Counted from the first letter of the stretch, positions 39,732-48,882 are shown. The stretch: 64,000 bases of DNA from Bacteroidales bacterium (GCA_015493525.1 WGCY01000020.1:52604-116603), one strand, 5' to 3'. The notes: generated from the sequence alone by a model not told the origin. Numbers and translations: made by a program.

Positions 39732-40855
39732 TGAAAGAGAACAAAAAATATAGGATACTTGTGAGCGGGGGTGGTACCGGCGGGCATATTTTTCCGGCCA
39801 TTGCCATTGCCAATGCCTTAAAAGCCCGATGGGAAAATGCAGAAATCTTGTTTGTGGGGGCCAAAGGCCGTATGGAAATGGAGAAAGTCCCGCAGGCCGG
39901 TTTCCCCATCGAAGGTTTATGGATAAGCGGTATCCAGCGAAGGCTGACTTTAAAAAACCTCTCTTTCCCGTTTAAGCTCATTCATAGCCTTTTAAAAGCC
40001 CGGCATATTGTTAAACAGTTTCAGCCGGATGTTGTCATCGGAACGGGCGGCTATGCCAGCGGGCCGTTATTAAAGGCGGCGGCTTCTTTGGGATTTCCTA
40101 CACTTATTCTCGAACAAAACTCCTATCCCGGTATAACCAACAAATGGCTTGGCAAGGTGGTCGATGTGGTTTGTACGGCTTATGAAGGGATGGAAAAATA
40201 TTTCCCTGCTGAAAAAATTGTGATTACGGGAAGCCCCATCCGGAAAAATATCCGTGAAATGAAAATAACCCCGGCTGAAGCACGCAAGTCCTTTGGCCTG
40301 GATGAGAACCGTAAATTATTGTTGATTATTGGCGGGAGCCAGGGTGCCCTGCGCATTAACGAAGCGGTGGCAAAGAATGTTGAGCAGTTGCTGGCCTCGG
40401 GAATACAGATTATCTGGCAAACAGGTAAACTGTCATTGCCCATGGCAGAAAAATCCATATTGAATTCAAAATTCAGGAACAGGGTGGTGGTCAGGGAATT
40501 TATTTATGAAATGGACAAAGCCTATGCTGCCGCTGATGTGGTGGTGTCGCGTGCCGGTGCCATTGCCATAGCAGAAATTGTCCAGGTTGGGAAACCGGCA
40601 ATTTTTATCCCGTTGCCTTCGGCAGCCGAAGACCATCAAACACGCAACGCCAAAGCTTTGGCAGAGAAAAATGCGGCCCTTCTGCTGGCAGAGAAAAATG
40701 CGGCCCGTGATCTTTTTGAAAAAGTAAACGGATTGATGAAAGAGGAGAAAAAAACAGAAACCATAAAAGAAAATCTACGACAGTTTGAACATGGTGATGC
40801 CACCGAGAAAATTGTTGAAGAAGTTTTAAAATTAACAAAACAAAAAAAGGGTTGA
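39731..40855 (+). CDS. murG: UDP-N-acetylglucosamine--N-acetylmuramyl-(pentapeptide) pyrophosphoryl-undecaprenol GlcNAc transferase
   Basis: GGTGGHIFPAIA motif and GT28 architecture. Confidence 0.92.
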   Translation: MKENKKYRILVSGGGTGGHIFPAIAIANALKARWENAEILFVGAKGRMEMEKVPQAGFPIEGLWISGIQRRLTLKNLSFPFKLIHSLLKARHIVKQFQPDVVIGTGGYASGPLLKAAASLGFPTLILEQNSYPGITNKWLGKVVDVVCTAYEGMEKYFPAEKIVITGSPIRKNIREMKITPAEARKSFGLDENRKLLLIIGGSQGALRINEAVAKNVEQLLASGIQIIWQTGKLSLPMAEKSILNSKFRNRVVVREFIYEMDKAYAAADVVVSRAGAIAIAEIVQVGKPAIFIPLPSAAEDHQTRNAKALAEKNAALLLAEKNAARDLFEKVNGLMKEEKKTETIKENLRQFEHGDATEKIVEEVLKLTKQKKG

Positions 40856-42204
40856 AAACGACAAACGACAGCGTATATTTTTTGGGCATCGGAGGCATTG
40901 GAATGAGTGCACTGGCCCGGTATTTTCACAGACAGGGCATGATGGTCTATGGCTATGATGCCGGCAGGACACCGCTCACCATTCAGCTGGAATCCGAAGG
41001 GATACACATACACTATGTGGCTGATATAAAACAAATTCCCGAGAATATCTCACGGGTTGTTTACACGCCGGCCATCCCAGAATCCAATGTCGAGCTTCAA
41101 TATTTCAGGTCTTCCGGGATAAAAATGGAGAAACGGGCTGCCGTGATTGGGGAGATTAGCCGCGACTTGTTTACGGTAGCCATTGCCGGCACACACGGAA
41201 AAACCAGCATTACCGCCATGGTTGCGCAGATATTTCATGTTGCCCATCTTCCCATGGTCGCCTTTATTGGCGGGCTGGCCAAAAATTTTGGTTCAAATTT
41301 TGTTTTTACCGAAAAACCAAAATTTATGGTGGTGGAAGCCGATGAGTTTGATCGTTCCTTTTTGACATTGCATCCCGACATTGCCGTTATTACTTCCATG
41401 GATGCCGACCATTTGGATATTTATTCAGGGTTGGAAGATTTACAAAATACCTTTTTGCAATTTTCCGGGCTCTTGCCCCCGGATGGAAAACTCATCCATC
41501 ATGTGGCACTGAAAACATTAGAAAATGAGGCGACAAACAGGATAACTTACGGTCTTTCAGCGGGTTCCATGCTGCAAGCGGTAAATCTCCGGATAGAGAA
41601 TGAACGTTTTTGTTTTGATGTCCTGATGGATGGGCAAACCTTGATGTCCCTGAAAATCATCGTTCCGGGCGAGCATTATGTTGAGAACGCGCTGGCAGCG
41701 GTGGGGGCAGCATTGGCAGCAGGGGTGGAAGTTCCGGTGATAAAAAAGGCATTGGAACAATTTGCTGGCGTGCAGCGTCGGTTTGATTACAGGATACGTA
41801 CCGACAAAAAAATTTATATCGATGATTATGCCCATCATCCCAAAGAATTACAGGCGACCATCCAAACGGTACGCCGGTATTATCCCGACAAAGAACTCAC
41901 GGTTGTTTTTCAGCCGCACTTGTACACCAGAACCCGCGATTTTGCCGGTGATTTTGCAAAAGTCCTCAGCCAGGCCGACCGTTTGATTTTGCTGGATGTT
42001 TTTCCGGCGCGCGAAAAACCGATTCCGGGCGTAACATCATGGACAATAGCAGATAAAGTTACAATAGACGAAAAATATGTAATGGATAAGAAGGAGCTGC
42101 TTGCTTATTTAAGAAAAGAAAAACCAGAGCTGTTGCTGACACTCGGTGCCGGTGATATTGGGCGTATGACAAACCAGATTAAAGAGATATTGACGGAAAT
42201 ATGA
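40852..42204 (+). CDS. murC: UDP-N-acetylmuramate--L-alanine ligase
   Basis: GIGGIGMSALA and GTHGKTS motifs. The TTG start overlaps the murG stop. Confidence 0.92.
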   Translation: MKTTNDSVYFLGIGGIGMSALARYFHRQGMMVYGYDAGRTPLTIQLESEGIHIHYVADIKQIPENISRVVYTPAIPESNVELQYFRSSGIKMEKRAAVIGEISRDLFTVAIAGTHGKTSITAMVAQIFHVAHLPMVAFIGGLAKNFGSNFVFTEKPKFMVVEADEFDRSFLTLHPDIAVITSMDADHLDIYSGLEDLQNTFLQFSGLLPPDGKLIHHVALKTLENEATNRITYGLSAGSMLQAVNLRIENERFCFDVLMDGQTLMSLKIIVPGEHYVENALAAVGAALAAGVEVPVIKKALEQFAGVQRRFDYRIRTDKKIYIDDYAHHPKELQATIQTVRRYYPDKELTVVFQPHLYTRTRDFAGDFAKVLSQADRLILLDVFPAREKPIPGVTSWTIADKVTIDEKYVMDKKELLAYLRKEKPELLLTLGAGDIGRMTNQIKEILTEI

Positions 42205-42971
42205 AAAAAATATTTTCCATACTGTTTGTTTCGATTTTTGCATTGGCACTTATTTTGCTGGCCGGTTACGGGTACTTTCAGTACCGCAACCAAAAGGTAA
42301 ATCATGTGGTGATTCATATTCAGCGAAGGGGAGAGAAGGGATTTATTGACAAAAAGAAGTTATTGGCCAGCCTGCAAAAACAGGATTCTATTCCCGGGAA
42401 AATGATAAAATCAATAGATATTTCCCTTATTAAAAGTAAAATTGCCCGCAATCCTTATGTAAAAGCGGTGGATCTGTTTTTTAACCTGTCAGGCGATTTG
42501 ATGGTGAACATAAGGGAGAGAACGCCGTTGCTGAGAATCTATAATGAGCAGAACAAAAGCGGCTACATTGATGGGGATGGGAACCTTTTTCCCGTGAGCA
42601 ACAGTTTTGCCCCCAGGGTATTACCGGCGAACGGTTATATCAAAGCAAAGTTGATGATGGGAGAAAATATTCATGATGGAACATATAAAAATACGGCCCT
42701 TCCGGGATTGTATTTGCTGGCGAAGAAAATTGCCGCAAACCCTTTTCTGAAGGCAAATATTAGTCAGCTGTTCATCAATAGCAAGGGCGATATTGACATG
42801 GCTCCCGAACTGGGCCGGTTCATTTTTCATTTGGGCGGCACAGCGGACATGGACATTAAACTGGAAAATCTTGAGGCTTTCTGCAAAAAAATTCTTGCGC
42901 ACGGGGCCTGGTCGAAATACAGAAGTATAAACCTGCAATATACTAATCAGATAGTATGCACAAAAAAATAG
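42201..42971 (+). CDS. ftsQ: cell division protein FtsQ/DivIB
   Basis: N-terminal TM anchor followed by a POTRA-like region. Canonical position between murC and ftsA, with an ATGA overlap. Confidence 0.7.
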   Translation: MKKIFSILFVSIFALALILLAGYGYFQYRNQKVNHVVIHIQRRGEKGFIDKKKLLASLQKQDSIPGKMIKSIDISLIKSKIARNPYVKAVDLFFNLSGDLMVNIRERTPLLRIYNEQNKSGYIDGDGNLFPVSNSFAPRVLPANGYIKAKLMMGENIHDGTYKNTALPGLYLLAKKIAANPFLKANISQLFINSKGDIDMAPELGRFIFHLGGTADMDIKLENLEAFCKKILAHGAWSKYRSINLQYTNQIVCTKK

Positions 42972-42975
42972 GCTT

Positions 42976-44274
42976 ATGGAAGAAAATGAAATCATTGTCG
43001 GATTAGACATAGGAACTACAAAAATTGCCTCCATTGTCGGGCAAAAAGACCAATTTGGGAAAATTGAAATCCTTGGTTACGGAAAAACCGAATCCATCGG
43101 CGTGAAACGGGGCGTGGTGATAAATATTGAGGACACGGTAACCTCCATCAGGACGGCTGTGGCACAGGCAGAAGAGAAATCGGGCGTGGAGATCGAATCG
43201 GTGAACGTGGGCATTGCCGGCCAGCATATCAAAAGTATTCAGCATCGCGGCTCCCTCATTCGTCAGGATGCGGAAAAGGAGATTACCAACGAGGAGGTGG
43301 AAAAACTCATCAGCGATATGTATAAACTGAACATGTCGCCGGGCGAAGAAATTATTGAAGTCATTCCCCAGGATTTTATCGTGGATGATGAAGACGGAAT
43401 CCGCCATCCGGTGGGCATGTTGGGAAATAAGCTGGAAGCCAATTTCCATATTATCATCGGACAGATTGCCGCTGCCAAGAATATTTACAAATGTATAGTG
43501 AAGGCAGGCCTGGAAATGGCCGATTTGATTCTGGAACCCATGGCCTCGGCGCAGGCGGTGCTCAGTGAGGAAGAAAAAGAAGCCGGTGTGGCCCTGGTGG
43601 ATATTGGGGGTGGCACAACGGACATTGCCATTTTTCAGGACAGCATTATCCGGCATACTGCCGTGATACCGTTTGGCGGAGATGTGATTACCGAGGATGT
43701 GAAAGAGGGTTGCTCCATTATTCGCCGGCATGCCGAAGAGCTGAAAGTGAAATTCGGTTCTGCCCTTGCAGACGAAAACAAAGACAACGAGGTGGTGGCT
43801 ATTCCCGGGTTGCGTGGCCGCCCGCCCAAAGAGATAACTTTGAAAAACCTGGCTTCCATTATTCAGGCACGGATGGAAGAAATTATCGACCATGTGCACT
43901 ACGAAATCAAAACATCCGGCTTTGAGAAAAAGCTCATTGCAGGGATTGTCCTTACCGGTGGCGGCTCGCAATTGAAGCATGTCAACCAGCTCATGGAATT
44001 CAAAACCGGAATAGAAACACGTATCGGCTATCCCAACGAACATCTCGCCAAGGAAGTGCCCGAAGAGATGGCCAGCCCTATGTATGCCACCGGTATTGGC
44101 CTTGTGATTGAAGGGATAAGGCGCATGGAAAGCGATATCAAGACCTCGAAAGGGGATGTGGAAAAACCTTTGGAGAAACCAAATGCCAAAAAGAAAGAAT
44201 CAAAAGAACGGGATTTTAAAGGAAGCAGGGGGTTTCTCGGTAAAGTGAAAAAGTGGTTTGAAGACGATAATTAA
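42976..44274 (+). CDS. ftsA: cell division protein FtsA
   Basis: Actin-fold phosphate motifs (GLDIGTTKI, DIGGGTTD) and a C-terminal amphipathic tail. Confidence 0.9.
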   Translation: MEENEIIVGLDIGTTKIASIVGQKDQFGKIEILGYGKTESIGVKRGVVINIEDTVTSIRTAVAQAEEKSGVEIESVNVGIAGQHIKSIQHRGSLIRQDAEKEITNEEVEKLISDMYKLNMSPGEEIIEVIPQDFIVDDEDGIRHPVGMLGNKLEANFHIIIGQIAAAKNIYKCIVKAGLEMADLILEPMASAQAVLSEEEKEAGVALVDIGGGTTDIAIFQDSIIRHTAVIPFGGDVITEDVKEGCSIIRRHAEELKVKFGSALADENKDNEVVAIPGLRGRPPKEITLKNLASIIQARMEEIIDHVHYEIKTSGFEKKLIAGIVLTGGGSQLKHVNQLMEFKTGIETRIGYPNEHLAKEVPEEMASPMYATGIGLVIEGIRRMESDIKTSKGDVEKPLEKPNAKKKESKERDFKGSRGFLGKVKKWFEDDN

Positions 44275-44353
44275 ATTAACTTTTCAATGTTAAAAACTAT
44301 CTCTTTTCCCTCCGGGGGAAAGGAAACTATTAATTATTTTTATTTCGGATATT

Positions 44354-46027
44354 ATGGAAAATATAAAGCAGGATAAACCAATCAGTAATCTGTTCAATGT
44401 TATGGAAAGCAAGATAGAATTTAAGAAAAAAAAGAAGACCTCTATTATTAAAGTCATTGGTGTTGGCGGTGGCGGTGGCAATGCGGTAAACCACATGTTT
44501 GCCCAAGGTATCGAAGGTGTCGATTTTGTGGTGTGCAACACCGATATGCAGGCCCTCGATGCCAGCCCGGTCCCTGTAAAAGTCCAGCTGGGAAGCAGCG
44601 GCCTCGGTGCCGGGGCTATCCCGGAAGTTGCCGAAAAAGCGGCTGTCGAATCTATCGACAAGCTTAAAGCGGTGATAGACAATGATACACAAATGATCTT
44701 TATTACTGCCGGAATGGGTGGTGGTACCGGAACGGGGGCTGCCCCTGTGATTGCTAAATTTGCGCGCGAACAGGGCCTGCTTTCTGTAGCCATTGTTACC
44801 CTGCCGTTTCGTTTTGAAGGCCGCCGGAAGATGCTTAAAGCACAACAGGGAATTGCCGAACTTCGCAAGCATGTGGATACTTTACTGGTAATCAGCAATG
44901 ATAAATTGCGTGAACAGTATGGCGACCTTGGACTGGGAAATGCTTTTGCCCGGGCTGATGATGTGCTGACAACTGCTGCAAAAGGAATTGCCGAGTTGAT
45001 AACCGTTCATGGCTATGTGAATGTCGATTTTGAAGATGTGAAAACCGTTATGAAGGACAGCGGGAAAGCCCTTATGGGTTCCGCAGTCAAAAGTGGGGAA
45101 GACCGTGCTTATCAGGCTATTGAAGAGGCCATGCGCTCACCGTTGCTCAACGATAACGATGTCTCCGGTGCCCGAAATATACTTCTCTACATTGCCACAG
45201 GCAGCGAACAGGATGTTACCATGGACGAAATTTCGGTTATCACCGATTATATCTCCGATAAATGTGGCGACAATGAAACGGATGTAATTTGGGGCCGCGG
45301 CATCGATGAATCTATGGGCGACAGCCTTGGCGTAACCATCATCGCTACCGGCTTTGATGCCAAAGAAAAAGTGCATGAACTTTTTCCGGATAAAAATCAA
45401 CCCGCTGTTGAAAAGGCAGAACACCGGGAAGAAAAAATTGAGCTGGTGAACAGGCTGGATGAAAAAAACGCTGCCCCGAATGGCCCTTCTGCAGAAACGG
45501 AACAGGAGGAGAAAGATGTTTCCGGGTTAATCCATAAGCATGGTCCGGTGGACAATGACCTACCGGAAAATAAACCTGCCGGGCCGGAAGAAAAAATCGT
45601 TCATGTTTTGGGCGAAAATACGGAGGGCGAAACACAGACCTCTGTACAAGAGAAAATTAAATCATCGGATACTATCGAAAAGGAAGATGTGCCTTTGAAA
45701 AAGATTATCAAAAGCCAGCCTGTGGGTTCTGTTGGGAAAAAAGAAGAGACAGCAGCCATAGATGAAAGTGCCAATGACGAATTAAACAGCCGGTTGCACA
45801 AGGCTTCGGAGGCAAGAAAGAAGAAGCTGTCCGAGTTGAGTATGCTTCGTAGTAAACCGGTGTCGGAACAGGAAAAAATACCAGCCTATAAACGGCAGCA
45901 TGTCCAGCTCTCCGAACCGAATTACTCCACCGATTCGCAGGTGTCGCGATATACCCTTTCTGAAGATGGCAAGAAAAATACGATTATTAAATCGGACAAT
46001 TCATTTTTGCACGATAATGTGGACTAA
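44354..46027 (+). CDS. ftsZ: cell division protein FtsZ (with long acidic/lysine-rich C-terminal linker)
   Basis: Tubulin signature GGGTGTGAAPV and NTDMQAL. The globular core ends near aa 335 and about 200 aa of low-complexity linker follow. Confidence 0.93.
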   Translation: MENIKQDKPISNLFNVMESKIEFKKKKKTSIIKVIGVGGGGGNAVNHMFAQGIEGVDFVVCNTDMQALDASPVPVKVQLGSSGLGAGAIPEVAEKAAVESIDKLKAVIDNDTQMIFITAGMGGGTGTGAAPVIAKFAREQGLLSVAIVTLPFRFEGRRKMLKAQQGIAELRKHVDTLLVISNDKLREQYGDLGLGNAFARADDVLTTAAKGIAELITVHGYVNVDFEDVKTVMKDSGKALMGSAVKSGEDRAYQAIEEAMRSPLLNDNDVSGARNILLYIATGSEQDVTMDEISVITDYISDKCGDNETDVIWGRGIDESMGDSLGVTIIATGFDAKEKVHELFPDKNQPAVEKAEHREEKIELVNRLDEKNAAPNGPSAETEQEEKDVSGLIHKHGPVDNDLPENKPAGPEEKIVHVLGENTEGETQTSVQEKIKSSDTIEKEDVPLKKIIKSQPVGSVGKKEETAAIDESANDELNSRLHKASEARKKKLSELSMLRSKPVSEQEKIPAYKRQHVQLSEPNYSTDSQVSRYTLSEDGKKNTIIKSDNSFLHDNVD

Positions 46028-46031
46028 ATAA

Positions 46032-46175
46032 ATACCAAATCTCAAATACCAAATCTCAAATGCCAAATCTCAAATAAGTACCAATATTAAAAATCTGAAA
46101 TACAAAACGGTTTGGAATTTTAGGATTGGAGCTTTGGATTTATTTGGTTTTTGGAATTTGAATTTTGGAATTTTT
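46032..46175. repeat. three perfect/near-perfect 14-mers (ATACCAAATCTCAA) plus an opposing inverted arm (TTGGAATTT-type words)
   Basis: 14-mers at 46032-46045, 46046-46059 and 46060-46073. The right arm at 46111-46175 is the approximate reverse complement (TTTGGAATTTTAGGATTGGAGCTTTGGATTTATTTGG...). Confidence 0.6.
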
Positions 46176-46186
46176 AAAAAATCATT

Positions 46187-46639
46187 ATGGGACTGGAACA
46201 TTTAATCAATCAGGATATTAAAGAGGCCATGCTGGCCAAAGACAGGCAGAAACTGGAAGCTTTGCGTGCCATCAAGGCGGCACTGTTGCTCGAAAAAACA
46301 GGTGGCGGTGTGGGCGATGCTGAAATTCCGGAAAGTGTTGAGTTGAAACTGTTGCAGAAACAGGTGAAACAACGGCGCGATACAGCCAAGGTTTATCGGG
46401 AACAAAACCGTCCGGAATTGGCCGAAGAAGAGGAATACCAGGCTGCTATCATCGAAAAATACCTCCCCGAGCAGATGTCGGAAGAGGAGGTGAAAGCCGT
46501 GGTGGAAAAGGTGATTGCCGAAACGGGTGCCTCTTCCATAAAAGATATGGGCCGTGTGATGGGCATGGTTTCCAAACAACTTGCCGGGAAAGCCGATAAC
46601 AAAACAGTTTCTATTTTGGTAAAGCAGCTGCTTTCATAA
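46187..46639 (+). CDS. GatB/YqeY domain-containing protein
   Basis: 150 aa. IKEAMLAKDRQKLEALRAIKAALL and KDMGRVMGMV are typical of YqeY. Confidence 0.85.
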   Translation: MGLEHLINQDIKEAMLAKDRQKLEALRAIKAALLLEKTGGGVGDAEIPESVELKLLQKQVKQRRDTAKVYREQNRPELAEEEEYQAAIIEKYLPEQMSEEEVKAVVEKVIAETGASSIKDMGRVMGMVSKQLAGKADNKTVSILVKQLLS

Positions 46640-46652
46640 AATATGGTTAATC

Positions 46653-46671
46653 GGCATTATTATTTAATGCC
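46653..46671 (+). terminator. terminator-like hairpin after yqeY
   Basis: GGCATTA-5 nt-TAATGCC, with only a weak T tract after it. Confidence 0.4.
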
Positions 46672-46723
46672 TTCATCGGTGCGGGTTATGTTGCGTGCTG
46701 TATTTTATTGTTTTTTCTTCTTT

Positions 46724-47047
46724 TCAATCTACAAATGTTTCCTTAATCACTGATTTCATTTCTTTTATCTCTGGTTGTGATAGTCTTCCTAAAATTCTAA
46801 TAATTCGTTGTTTGTCAATAGTACGAATTTGATCAATTACAATCCAGCCGATTTTTCTGTCATGTTTTACTTCAATCCTGGTCGGATATTTTTTTGAAGT
46901 TGTTGTCTTCGGGGCAACAATAATTGTCCGAAGAAATTTATTCATTTCGTCCGGTGATATAATAACACAGGGCCTGGTCTTTTTAATTTCACTTCCTATT
47001 GTCGGATCAAGGTTGACAAGGACTATCTGATATTGTTTTAAATCCAT
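46724..47047 (-). CDS. mazF: type II toxin-antitoxin system PemK/MazF family toxin
   Basis: 107 aa with GSEIKKTRPCVIISPD and IDQIRTIDKQR, the MazF/PemK signature layout. It overlaps the upstream antitoxin gene by 10 nt. Confidence 0.85.
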   Translation of the reverse strand: MDLKQYQIVLVNLDPTIGSEIKKTRPCVIISPDEMNKFLRTIIVAPKTTTSKKYPTRIEVKHDRKIGWIVIDQIRTIDKQRIIRILGRLSQPEIKEMKSVIKETFVD

Positions 47048-47283
47048 TCTTCAAAATTTTCATTTTCAAAAATATCATCGAATAAAAGTTGGTCATCTCC
47101 TTTTTCATTCATTTCTTTAAATGCTGTTTCCCAACCTTTTCTTGGACTTGAAATTGGCTTTAAAATCAAATATCCTTTTTCAAGAATAAGTTCAACCTTG
47201 TCCTTGATATTATATTTTTCAATCAGGGTTTTGGGAAGCCTAAACCCCTTTGAATTCCCGATTCTTATTATTGATAATTCCAT
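47038..47283 (-). CDS. mazE: AbrB/MazE/SpoVT family antitoxin
   Basis: 81 aa. N-terminal IRIGNSKGFRLPKTLIEKY is a swapped-hairpin (AbrB-type) DNA-binding domain, followed by an acidic C-terminus. Confidence 0.75.
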   Translation of the reverse strand: MELSIIRIGNSKGFRLPKTLIEKYNIKDKVELILEKGYLILKPISSPRKGWETAFKEMNEKGDDQLLFDDIFENENFEEWI

Positions 47284-47308
47284 GATACAATATTTTTATA
47301 TGTAATTA

Positions 47309-47341
47309 CAAAGTTAGTACTTTATCTTCAATAATCAACGT
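47309..47341 (-). promoter_or_regulatory. candidate Bacteroidota-type promoter for mazEF
   Basis: Minus strand has TAACTTTG (TAnnTTTG, 47309-47316) 25 nt before the mazE ATG. A GTTG lies about 19 nt further upstream. Confidence 0.35.
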
Positions 47342-47425
47342 TTAAGGGAATTATTTTTTTCAAAATCTAAATACTATATATAATTGTAAATATTAAATTC
47401 ATATTGTTTCTCAATTTAATTGTTT

Positions 47426-48646
47426 TTAATCATATCTATTATCTAATAGCCAGTCAATTGCATTTATCTGTTTCACTCCGTTATGGTTACCTGTTTCATA
47501 ATCCATTGTGATGAGCAGTCTTTCGTTAAAGTCCGGAATTTTATTAAACGGGGCCAGTTCCCGTTCAAGTGTTTTTTTGTCTTTAACAGTGTATGCTACT
47601 TGAATATATTTTGTATAACCCTCTTTATTTCGGACAACAAAATCGACTTCAAGATGAGCTGTTTTTCCTATCCAAATTTGATAATCTCGACGTAATAATT
47701 CAAGATAGATTACATTTTCCAGTAAATGCCCTGCATCTGCCGTAAGTTCTTTTCCCAGTAATGTATGTCGTAAACCTAAATCTACGAGATAGTATTTTTT
47801 CTGGGTTGCCAAATGCTGTTTCCCTTTTATGTCGTATCTGTTTACTTTATAGAAAAGATAAGATTCCACAAGCGTATCAATGTATTTTGATACTGTTTTA
47901 TTATCAATTTTTTTACCGTTTGCAGTAAGAACTCTGGCAATATTTCTTGCCGAAACGTGTGAACCAATACTATCAATTAGAAACTTAACAACTTCGTTAT
48001 AAGATGTTTCATAATATATTGTGTGTCTTTTCTGTATGTCATTTTCATAAATGTTGCGAAAAACAGTTTTAAGATATTCGTAAACATAGCTTTCTCCTGA
48101 TTCGACGAATCCAACAGCTTCAGGAAAACCTCCTGTTCGCATATAATTAGCAAAAGCACGGTCAGGATTTGCTGTTTTTCCGGTAAATTCTAAATATTCG
48201 GAAAATGAGAATGGTAGAACGTTGATTTCATATGCTCTGCCTGTAAGTATGGTTGCTAATTCGCTTGATAAAAGGTAAGCATTTGAACCTGTAACATATA
48301 AATCAATATTTGAATTAACATATAATCCTTCAAGCAGTTTTTCAAATTCCGAAATATTTTGAACTTCGTCTATGAAAACATAATTTGTTTCATTTTCTCG
48401 TAATAATGATTGGATATAATCGTAAATTTCTTTCCAATTTTTCTCTCCAAGAAAGCGGAATTCGGGTAAATCCATGTTTATGGAAATAAGCGATACACTT
48501 GGATTTTTTTCCTTTAATAATTCCTGAAATTGCAAAAGTAAAGTCGATTTCCCTGCACGACGAATACCTGTAACAACCTTTATAAAGTTTTTATCTTTTA
48601 GAACAAGAAGTTTGTTAAGTAATACTTTTCTTAAAATCTTTTGCAT
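47426..48646 (-). CDS. AAA-superfamily ATPase of the COG1373 type (AAA_14 N-terminal domain plus DUF4143-like C-terminal domain)
   Basis: 406 aa with Walker A GIRRAGKST and Walker B YVFIDEVQ. The C-terminal half with LLENVIYLEL and EVDFVV is typical of DUF4143 proteins. Confidence 0.82.
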   Translation of the reverse strand: MQKILRKVLLNKLLVLKDKNFIKVVTGIRRAGKSTLLLQFQELLKEKNPSVSLISINMDLPEFRFLGEKNWKEIYDYIQSLLRENETNYVFIDEVQNISEFEKLLEGLYVNSNIDLYVTGSNAYLLSSELATILTGRAYEINVLPFSFSEYLEFTGKTANPDRAFANYMRTGGFPEAVGFVESGESYVYEYLKTVFRNIYENDIQKRHTIYYETSYNEVVKFLIDSIGSHVSARNIARVLTANGKKIDNKTVSKYIDTLVESYLFYKVNRYDIKGKQHLATQKKYYLVDLGLRHTLLGKELTADAGHLLENVIYLELLRRDYQIWIGKTAHLEVDFVVRNKEGYTKYIQVAYTVKDKKTLERELAPFNKIPDFNERLLITMDYETGNHNGVKQINAIDWLLDNRYD

Positions 48647-48682
48647 ATGGTTATTTTCAATTTTATGCTACAAAGATAATCC

Positions 48683-48724
48683 AAATTCCTCAAAGTTTCA
48701 TGATTTATTTAGTTTGAGGAATTT
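48683..48724. repeat. perfect 12-bp inverted repeat AAATTCCTCAAA / TTTGAGGAATTT with an 18-nt spacer
   Basis: Arms at 48683-48694 and 48713-48724, 37 nt upstream of the ATPase start codon. Confidence 0.6.
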
Positions 48725-48820
48725 CTTAGAAGATAGTTTTGTTTTGGTGCTGCCTAACTTCTTAGATCAGCATTAAATGAACGCTTTAATCCAATAAAAA
48801 GAATAACCGTTAATTTTAGC

Positions 48821-48859
48821 AAAAAAAAAGCTGTTCCACCTCAGGCGGAACAGCTTTTC
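48821..48859 (-). terminator. rho-independent (bidirectional-looking) terminator after tsf
   Basis: AGCTGTTCC-9 nt-GGAACAGCT, flanked by a 9-A run on one side and a T run on the other. Confidence 0.72.
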
Positions 48860-48882
48860 AAATTTATTCACTAAAATTTGCT

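Noticed and set aside
43003-44043. Long antisense ORFs overlapping well-supported genes. Examples are 43003-44043 opposite ftsA, 35036-35920 opposite murE, 12783-13637 opposite the N-acyltransferase and 25465-26286 opposite pspC/liaF-like. Others are 52245-53183 opposite GH31, 59967-60965 opposite the kinase, 49601-50353 opposite rpsB and 61079-61813 opposite the Rhs core
   Set aside because: In every case the opposite strand carries unmistakable family motifs. The antisense translations are low-complexity or motif-free. They are frame shadows of codon-biased genes.
46640-48882. Calling the mazEF-ATPase islet an integrated mobile element
   Set aside because: No integrase, transposase, tRNA target or flanking direct/inverted terminal repeats could be found by eye. 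Only the compositional contrast supports foreign origin, so it is reported as an islet rather than annotated as a mobile element.
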